In this document: piece after piece, positions 9,584 through 17,204 of the stretch | Position numbering within the stretch: the first letter of the stretch is position 1 | How the letters are laid out: the number at the start of each line of letters is the position of its first letter | Translations under genes and position numbers: made by a program | Assembly: GCA_001275005.1 (NCBI GenBank) | Contig: JWZX01002124.1 | Span: 1-32,609 of the forward strand | Reading direction: 5' to 3' | DNA: 32,609 nucleotides | From: Chrysochromulina tobinii | Lineage: Eukaryota | Notes under the pieces: generated by a model | What the model was told of the DNA's origin: nothing | Databases searched by the model: none | Seen by the model: only the letters and a program-made list of their open reading frames with translations

Positions 9584-10773
9584 TCAGTAGTAGTCCTCAT
9601 CGCTGTCCTCGGCCTGCACGGGCAGGTGCGGGGTGACGGCGGCGTTGACCTGGTCAAGCAGCTCGAGCAGTTGGTCCAGCAGCTCCCCGAGTTGGGTGCG
9701 AGCCTGCACGAAGACTTTGCGCATCGGTGTGACCGTGGTGCGCACCTTCTCGATCGACTGCACGGCCTTCTGTGCCGCGACGGAGCGCACGGCTTTCATG
9801 CGCTGCTCGATGCAGCCAGAGGACATTCCCCGGAGCAGCGCCATCCCGAGCACGAGGAGCTCGGCCACGTTATCGAGGAGCTGCGCGTCGAGGGCATGGA
9901 GCGAGTGCGGCAGCCCCATCTCGTTGATCCGAGACATGATCAGTCGCGAGGTCGGCTCGTCGAAGAGTTCCGAATGGTAGCGCATGTCCTCATCCAGTCG
10001 CTTGAGCACGCGCGTCAGCACGTCCTCGCGAGTGCCCTCGATGCCGCTCGTGAGCAATAGCTGGCCGGAGCTCACACGCACCACGAGCTGCGTCGACCAC
10101 GCGTCGACGTTGTACATGAGCTCCATGCGTTTCTGGGCTGCCTCGGCTATGTCGAGCTCCTCGTCGGAAAAGAGAAGCGTGCTCTCGGCGCCCTTCTTCT
10201 TCTCCTCAATGTACAGCCGGTCGGCCCAGTCCTCGGAGCCGCCGAGGGAGAGGCCCACCTGATGAGGGAGGCAATCATCATGCACTCAGCGGAGAGGCAA
10301 TCCGCATGCAATCATAGGCATTCCTCGGAGCCGCCGAGGGAGAGGGCCCCCTGATGAGGGAGGCAATCATCATGCACTCGGGCGATTTGTATGCAACCAC
10401 CTGCGACAGGTACTCGGACACTTCGGTGAAGAGGCGCCGCAGGGCCCCTTCGTCCTCCAACGGCTCGAACGCAACGCGCCGCAGCGCCGCGACTACCTCG
10501 TCGCGTCGCTCCTTGAGAGCGAGGTTCTGGCGCTTGCGAAAGGCGGCCTCGAGCCCCTTTTGCACCTGTTTGGGGTGGCGGTTTCGGTCAGGTTTGGGGT
10601 GGCAGTTTGGGAAAGGTTTGGGTCAGGTTCGGGGTGGCGTGTGACCTGTTTGGGGTGGCGCGTCTTCTTGACCACCTCAGGCCGGTAGCCTTGTACGTAC
10701 AGCGGGCCACCACCACTGCCACCTCTCTTCTCCTTTGGCACCGTCGGCGGCTCCTCGGCCGCTGCTGCCGCGC

Positions 10774-10813
<40 letters not shown>

Positions 10814-11944
10814 TACAGCCTTGGGCGGTGCGAGTGGCGGCGGTGCGAGCGGCGGCGGCGCCAGGGGCGGCGGTGCCATCGGCGGTGGCGCGAAGGCGGT
10901 GGGTGGCGGCTGCGTCGGCGGTGCCGCGGGCGGCGGTGGCGGCGGCGCGTAGGGCGGCGTCCGCGGCTGAAACGCTGCTGGCGAAGGATTCGACATCATG
11001 CTTCGGCTGAATGCCTGAGCGAACACTTCGGCGAACGCGCCCATGATCATCTCGCCTGGCACCGTACCGGGCGTGCCTGGCGTGCTCATCTTGGCTCCCC
11101 CGCCGCTCTTGGCTGGCGTCTGAGAATCGCCTGCGCCGCCTTCGGCATCGTCGGCGTCGAGCAGCTCGAGGTGCAGCGCGAGCTTCTCGCCGTGCTCGTT
11201 GCGCATGAACTCGAAGTCGGCGTCACATGTGAGCGTGATGAGGTCATCAGGGCATTGAGGGTCAGGACACAGCAGCCGCGCTCGCTTCTCTCGCACCTCA
11301 AACTTGGCCTTGGCGAGATCGAGGACCTCCTCGAAGCTCGCGCAGCGCGGCACTAGCAGCATGCGGCGGTCTTTGCCGAGCGTACAGCGCAGCCGACGGG
11401 ACCCCGCGGGCGAGCGTGGCGAAGTCGGTTCATGCGAGAGGCGATGGGCTTGCGCATCCGCCGGAGCGCCGGTACCCTGCATCTCCTCCTCCGGCTTCTC
11501 CTCATCGCCATCACCATCGTCGCCATCGGCGGTGAATTCGCCGTACTCGCCGCGGCCGCGGCCTCCGCCGGCGTCGCCGCCCGGCGTCGCGAACGCCGTC
11601 GCGGCTCGATCCGCGAGGACGACTCGGCCCAGAGCCGACTTCAGCTGCGACGCCTGGCGAGGCTGCGTGGAGCTGCCAGCGGCGGCTCCGGAGAGCTGGC
11701 TATCGAGTGAGTGGGCACGATGCGCACGTGTAGCCTCCTCGATCCGCCTCCGCTCCGCCTCCTGCTCCGCCGCCGCTCGCGCACGCAGTCGCTCGCGGTG
11801 CCAGCGCTCAGCAGCTTCCATGAGATCAGCTGGAGGCAGAGGTTTGGGTGGCGGCTGCCAGGTATCGTGAAGCGAGCGCCACCGCCGCGCGTACTCGAGG
11901 ATGAGCTCCTGCTCGGCCGCTGACCGCTGGGCGGGCCGAGGCAT
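9584..11944 (-). CDS. PB1-domain, proline-rich protein with helical C-terminus. Three exons: 11944-10646, 10565-10401, 10258-9584 (about 712 aa)
   Basis: Three ORFs join in frame through two phase-0 GT-AG introns (RHPKQ|VQKGL and EYLSQ|VGLSL). PB1-like segment LRCTLGKDRRMLLVP...SFEEVLDLAKAKF...DDLITLTCDADF. Polyproline tract. Confidence 0.8.
10259..10400 (-). other. Spliceosomal intron (142 nt), repeat-family type, with internal duplication of its 3' end plus the exon start
   Basis: cag|GTggttgc...gagtgcatgatgattgcctccctcatcAG|gtg. Removal restores the frame. 58-nt direct repeat at 10230-10287 and 10322-10379 (2 mismatches). Confidence 0.85.
10566..10645 (-). other. Spliceosomal intron (80 nt) bounded by a 17-nt direct repeat
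   Basis: cag|GTcacac...ccccaaacAG|gtg. Removal restores the frame. acctgtttggggtggcg occurs at both 10564-10580 and 10644-10660. Confidence 0.8.
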
Positions 11945-12150
11945 CTTGAGAGTGCCGTCGTCGACGGAATCGTTTCGGAGATGACCTTAAACTCATGAAT
12001 ATGACCGCTGTTGTGAGTACTGCGACCTTTTCCCCGACTGACTCGAGCGGACGTACATGTCTTTCTAGTGCTTGTATGAATATGCCGCAATCTGGGTTGC
12101 GCCCCCGCTTCAAAGTGCTCGGTTCAACTCACACACGATTTTCGGAATCA

Positions 12151-15072
12151 ATGGCCGACGACGAAGGCATCCTTGAAGCTGGGGGCCCGGCGTCCACGCC
12201 GTCGAGGGCATCGAACAAAAAGGCGAAGCGCGCGGGCTCACCGCGTGGTCGTGGGACGACCCCAGGATCGGCCAAGCGATCGAGCAAGAAGCGGCTCTCG
12301 CCTGTGCAGCTGCCGCCGTCCGCACGCTTGCAGCCGGCGCCGCGATTGCCGGCATCGATGCAGTGCTACGACCTGGGCGGGCCATCCACCTCCGCCTCGA
12401 TCCGCACCAGCGATGATCCGGCGAACGTTTTCGCGACGCTGCCGCCCTCGCTGCAGGCGGCGCTCGAGCAGCTCGATGCGGCGCTGTCGAACATGCCCCC
12501 CGAGGAGGCGGCGGTGCACATGCGCCGGTGCGTCGCCTCGGGGCTGTGGGACCCAAGCGCAGGCTTCGGCGGCGACTCCGAATCACCCACGGGCGACAGC
12601 GACGAAGTGGGCTTTAGCGCGTCGTCGCCTGGGCGACTGAGCCTGCAAGGCGAGAATGAATCGGCGGCCGACTCAGACGCCATCCAGAGCGAGACTGACA
12701 GCAGCCGCGCCGAAGGGGAGAGCGGGCCCTCCGCCGCGCCGCCCGCCTTCTTTTCGACGCGCCCGCTCGTGGTGCGCGAGGGGTGGGAGCTCGACAGCGC
12801 CATGTGCTCTGAGCGCATCACGCCCGACACGACGGTGGTGGTGCTTCAGACTAAGGACCTGCCGGACGGCACGCGGCGCGCGCGCGTGGCCAAGGAAGGG
12901 AGCCTGGTGCCGCAGGGGTGGGTCTCGTGGGTGACCGCGAATGGCTCGATCGGGCTGGTGCCCAAGCAAGGCTCCGTCCATCTCAACCTCCCCCCTCCAG
13001 AAAAGGTGGAGGGATGGAGCGCCGCCTCGGGCGCCGATGACGCCTCGTCGAGCGCTCCCGACAGCGCGTCCGCCCGCCTCGGACGCAACACATACGTGCC
13101 CGGGCGCGTGACGCGCGCCCCGTCGCCCCGCGGTGGTCGGACCCAGCTGCCGGACCCACGCCGGGCTCCACCCCCACCCCCCGTGGGCGCGGGCGGACGA
13201 AGTGCTCCTCTCGCGGCGCTCAGCGGTGCGCTGGTCGCCCGGCGCGGCGCTCTCGGCGCGTCGTTCGGGGCTCCGAGCGCGCCGGGGGGGAGCCGCTTCG
13301 GGCGCAGCGGCAGCAGCTTCATGGGCGCGTCCGGCGCCCCGATGGAGGCGCCCATCGGCGCGCCTGTCGGCTTGCCCACAGACCTGCCGTACGATGCGGA
13401 ACGCCTCCTCTCGCGCTTCGGCCAAAAGGGCGTCAAGGAGTTCGCGGTGCCGCTGGGCGAGGGGTGGATGCAGCGTGCGGGGCGCGGCAAGTGGACCATG
13501 GTAGAGGAGGCCAAGGCGAACAAGGACGGCGATGGGCCCGTGATGCAGATCGAGAACCCGGAGCCGAGCTTCTACCTGCTCACCTACGACCAGAATCCGA
13601 ACGCCCACGTAACCAAAGGCAGCGCCTATCAAATCGAGGCCAACGTGCGCTGCCTGCCCGGCACAACCATCAAGGAGCAGCCCTACCTCGCGATCGTGCT
13701 CAACTGGCAGCGCGGCCGGTCCACAGTTACGGCGCCGTGCTTCACAGCCCTGGTGCTCACCGCGGCGTCGTGGCGCATAGACCAGTACTATGAGGGGCAG
13801 CAGACGACGCTGGCGGAGGTTCACGACGCGACACTCAAGGCGAACAATGGGATGGGCACGGGCTGGCAGCGTGTGCTCGTCGAGGTCAGGGGCGACCGCG
13901 TCACCGTCGAGGTGAACAAGAAGAAGGTCTTCGGCTCCTTTGTGATCTCGCCGCCCCCAGATGCGAATCTCGCCGCCTCGCGCGTGGTGCGCGCGAGCGC
14001 GCTCACAGGGCCGGTGGGCATCGCTACGTTCCGCTCGCGCGCGCAGATCAAGAAGTTTGAGCTCGCGCCGCTCGAGGGCGCCGAGGGCGAGGGAGGCTCG
14101 GCCGCGGACGGGCGCTATGAAGGCAAGCCGCCGTATGGGCAGGTGATGGGGGGTGATCCGAAACTCGTCGATGCGATCGAGGGCGAGATGCTCGAGCAGA
14201 GCCCAAATGTCGCGTGGGACTCCATCGGCGGCCTCGCCGACGCCAAGCGGCTGCTCAACGAGGCGGTCGTGCTGCCGCTGCTCATCCCCGACTACTTTGC
14301 GAAGGCGTCGTGCCGCGCGCCGTGGAAGGGCGTTCTGCTCTTCGGGCCGCCGGGCACGGGCAAGACGCTGCTCGCGCGCGCGGTCGCCTCGCTCGGCAAG
14401 ACGGCCTTCTTCAACATCTCCGCCTCGTCCCTCAGCTCTTACCACTACGGCGAGTCGGAGAAGCTGGCACGCACGCTCTTCGACATCGCGCGCTACTATT
14501 CGCCCTCGATCGTCTTCTTTGACGAGGTCGACGCGCTCGTCTCGACGCGCGGCGCCCAGGGCGAGCACGAGGCGAGCCGGCGGCTCAAATCGGAGCTGCT
14601 CACTCAAATGGACGGCATCTCGACGCGCGGGACGAGCGAGGGGCAAGTGATGGTGCTCGCCACCTCGAACAAGCCGTGGGACCTCGACGAGGCGATGCGT
14701 CGACGGCTCGAGCGGCGCATCTACGTGCCCTTGCCTTCGGAGCAGAGTCGCAAGGAGATGCTTGCCATCCACCTGCGCGGTGTCAAGCTAGGCCCCGATG
14801 TGGACCTGGTCGCGCTCGCCAACATCCTGGGCGGGTACTCGGGCGCGGACCTGCAACTCGTGTGTCGCGATGCGTCAATGGCGCCGATGCGCCGCGCCGT
14901 CGAGGGCAAATCTCCGATGGAGATCGTCGAGATGCAGGCGAGGGGAGAGCTCGAGGGGGCGGTGAGCATGGCAGACTTCGCCAAGGCTATGCAGACGACG
15001 CAGCCATCCTCCTCGGACAAGGAGCACGAGGAGTATGCCGCGTGGAACAACTTGTACGGGTGCAAGTCATAG
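12151..15072 (+). CDS. Katanin p60-like (meiotic-clade) AAA+ ATPase with long N-terminal extension
   Basis: PNVAWDSIGGL, PWKGVLLFGPPGTGKTLLARAVA (Walker A), IVFFDEVD (Walker B), EHEASRRLKSELLTQMDG, VLATSNKPWDLDEAMRRRLERRIYVPLP, GYSGADL. Start taken at ATG 12151 (MADDEG); the upstream in-frame ATGs lie in AT-richer sequence. Confidence 0.92.
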   Translation: MADDEGILEAGGPASTPSRASNKKAKRAGSPRGRGTTPGSAKRSSKKRLSPVQLPPSARLQPAPRLPASMQCYDLGGPSTSASIRTSDDPANVFATLPPSLQAALEQLDAALSNMPPEEAAVHMRRCVASGLWDPSAGFGGDSESPTGDSDEVGFSASSPGRLSLQGENESAADSDAIQSETDSSRAEGESGPSAAPPAFFSTRPLVVREGWELDSAMCSERITPDTTVVVLQTKDLPDGTRRARVAKEGSLVPQGWVSWVTANGSIGLVPKQGSVHLNLPPPEKVEGWSAASGADDASSSAPDSASARLGRNTYVPGRVTRAPSPRGGRTQLPDPRRAPPPPPVGAGGRSAPLAALSGALVARRGALGASFGAPSAPGGSRFGRSGSSFMGASGAPMEAPIGAPVGLPTDLPYDAERLLSRFGQKGVKEFAVPLGEGWMQRAGRGKWTMVEEAKANKDGDGPVMQIENPEPSFYLLTYDQNPNAHVTKGSAYQIEANVRCLPGTTIKEQPYLAIVLNWQRGRSTVTAPCFTALVLTAASWRIDQYYEGQQTTLAEVHDATLKANNGMGTGWQRVLVEVRGDRVTVEVNKKKVFGSFVISPPPDANLAASRVVRASALTGPVGIATFRSRAQIKKFELAPLEGAEGEGGSAADGRYEGKPPYGQVMGGDPKLVDAIEGEMLEQSPNVAWDSIGGLADAKRLLNEAVVLPLLIPDYFAKASCRAPWKGVLLFGPPGTGKTLLARAVASLGKTAFFNISASSLSSYHYGESEKLARTLFDIARYYSPSIVFFDEVDALVSTRGAQGEHEASRRLKSELLTQMDGISTRGTSEGQVMVLATSNKPWDLDEAMRRRLERRIYVPLPSEQSRKEMLAIHLRGVKLGPDVDLVALANILGGYSGADLQLVCRDASMAPMRRAVEGKSPMEIVEMQARGELEGAVSMADFAKAMQTTQPSSSDKEHEEYAAWNNLYGCKS

Positions 15073-15583
15073 GATGCTGTAGGACTTACAATCGCGCCAT
15101 GATTCGACGGCGGTGGCTGAGCAGCAGAGCTGGCGCTCGCACGGCCAGCTCGCTCGCCCTGTCCTCGCCCGCAGCATCTTTTTCAGCAGAGACGATGATG
15201 ATAATAGGAGATCGCAGTCACGAGTGTTCGGTTTTATGGAATGCGTGAGACCGGGGCGAGAAAGAGGCCGCCTGCGGCCTGGCGAGCGTTCGCCGTTCGG
15301 CACGTGGAAGACGCGAGACTCTGAGCTTTTGTTCGATACGAAACTTCGTTGAAATACGCCACGTCCGAAATTACATGATCGGCGCGTGGGTGTCAACGGT
15401 CTCGACGACGCGGTCCGGAGACCGGACGGGGCGACGTGAACTCGTGGGAGCGCGCGCGGACCGCGCGCCACGCGGTCCAAGGGCGCAGGCGTTCACGGGT
15501 CGCCGCTCACTCGATCCACCTGAGCGCTTTTTGCCTTTATGATTCGCCGTGCTTCGCTTCGGCGGTCATGAGATTGCACGAGA

Positions 15584-16531
15584 TTATTCCTCCTCATCTG
15601 CGGACGAGTCGCTGCTGACCATGCCGCCGCGGCCGAGCAGCCGGCCTTCCTCATAGCGCGCCTCCGGCCCCTGGACCTGCCTGCTAGGCCAGTGTATGCC
15701 ATCGCCGTCCGGCCCACCGCCGTAGACGGGTAGGAACCACAGGCGGGAGTCGGTGCCGAAGACCTGCTGCCAGTTGCGCCGCTCGCCCACGTCAAACATG
15801 GGTGACGGCCCTTCGATGGTCGTCTCGTTGAGCATCGCCATGCGTATGTGAAAGGGCGCGAAACACGAGAGCATGAGCGCGAGCGCGAGGTCGACGAAGG
15901 CAGCCATCGTGCCGAACATGTAGCGCTGAGTGCCCCACTGGCGCTCGAGAGAGCGTGCAAAGGCGCGGTCTTGGTAGATGCGTAACAGGAGCGGTCCGTT
16001 CGTGATGAGCACCCACAGCGTCGCGCTCAGCGTGTAGATCAGAAACAGGATGAAGAACTTCCGATTGTAGAACCCTACGGTGTTGACGACCCATGGGCAG
16101 AAGTGATCCATGTTGAGCACGACACGGCGCGTGACGCTGCAAAAGTGCGAGCGCAGTGGCCGGTACATGTTTGATCTGCGGCACAGTGCGAACTCGGACG
16201 CGAGCCGCTCGTCGCTCGCGACGCGTTGGTGCCACTCGAGTGGCGTCGTACCAGGATCGGTGAAGACGCACATGACGTAAGAGCAGAGGAGCAGTGCGAC
16301 GAGCACGTGGAAGACGACGACGCACGCCATGCCCAGCACGCCCTCATGAGGAAGCCACAATACATACGGCGCGTAGTTGACGGCGACAATGCCGAACACG
16401 AGGACGAACATCGGACTCACACAGACGCGAAAGACATTGCAAGGTGCGCAGCGGCATGGCTGAGGTGGCTCCGGCTCTGCGTCTGCTGGCAACCAGCTGT
16501 CGCGCCAATGGCCCGGTTCTCGTCGCGGCAT
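15584..16531 (-). CDS. DHHC-family protein S-acyltransferase (DHFC variant)
   Basis: Four hydrophobic helices, TDPG motif, RPLRSHFCSVTRRVVLNMDHFCPWVVNTVGFYNRKFFILF, NETTIE (TTxE), FDVGERRNWQQVFG...WFLP. Confidence 0.93.
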   Translation of the reverse strand: MPRREPGHWRDSWLPADAEPEPPQPCRCAPCNVFRVCVSPMFVLVFGIVAVNYAPYVLWLPHEGVLGMACVVVFHVLVALLLCSYVMCVFTDPGTTPLEWHQRVASDERLASEFALCRRSNMYRPLRSHFCSVTRRVVLNMDHFCPWVVNTVGFYNRKFFILFLIYTLSATLWVLITNGPLLLRIYQDRAFARSLERQWGTQRYMFGTMAAFVDLALALMLSCFAPFHIRMAMLNETTIEGPSPMFDVGERRNWQQVFGTDSRLWFLPVYGGGPDGDGIHWPSRQVQGPEARYEEGRLLGRGGMVSSDSSADEEE

Positions 16532-17132
16532 GCGCGTTCCTTCTTTTCACAGCCCGTGTTTTTTACTGAACACCCAAAACACCGGACCGGCGTACATACG
16601 TGTGCAGTTACAACTAGCTTACACGGGCGTCGCATTTACTTTACCTTTTCAAAACATGGTAGACGTCTACAATCCAGCTTTCGGTCAAGGATATCTTGAC
16701 TTCAGGCTCAAGCTCGTTATGGATCCCGGCCATGCAGTCGAGAGAGCGGGCGGATAAGTGAGCTAGACAGTTGCTTTTGTCATTTGTGACTAGTGTGTCA
16801 TCGTAGTAGTCGGTACATACATGTACATGTACTCATGTAGTCATGTACGTTGCGTCGCAGTCAATAGTGTGTGAGTGGCATCAATTTCAGGGCCTAAATG
16901 TAGTGATTTACAGTCAATATCGCCAAAATTTTCGCGCCTGCGGCGGGCAGAACTCCCGCGCGCATTGCGCGCGGGGCAACTTGATTACCACCCCTCTATA
17001 GAGCTCCCCTGTCACCTCCCAAGAGGCCGTCGACTACCCGGGTGCAGTCGTCGGAGATGGTGAGACACAAGTACATGTACGGAAGCCGGGAAGGAGCACG
17101 AACGGGAAGGAGACCAGGAGGAGACACGCCTG

Positions 17133-17156
17133 ACTGAACTGAACTGAACTGAACTG
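17133..17156 (+). repeat. Pentanucleotide microsatellite (ACTGA)n upstream of the EF-hand gene
   Basis: actgaactgaactgaactgaactg read directly. Confidence 0.8.
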
Positions 17157-17204
17157 TAGTCAAGTCTATACATTTCCGGTCGCTTGACTTGACCGTTTCA
17201 AAAC

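Noticed and set aside
12673..14772. 699-aa antisense ORF, and similar long shadow ORFs (7777-8826, 19132-20334, 21799-23223, 28021-29547)
   Set aside because: They lie opposite clear genes. High GC and codon bias suppress stop codons, and the translations have no domain features.
15195..15324. Box C-like ATGATGA and box D-like CTGA (possible C/D snoRNA)
   Set aside because: No terminal stem and no rRNA-complementary guide that I could identify. It lies in probable 3' UTR sequence.
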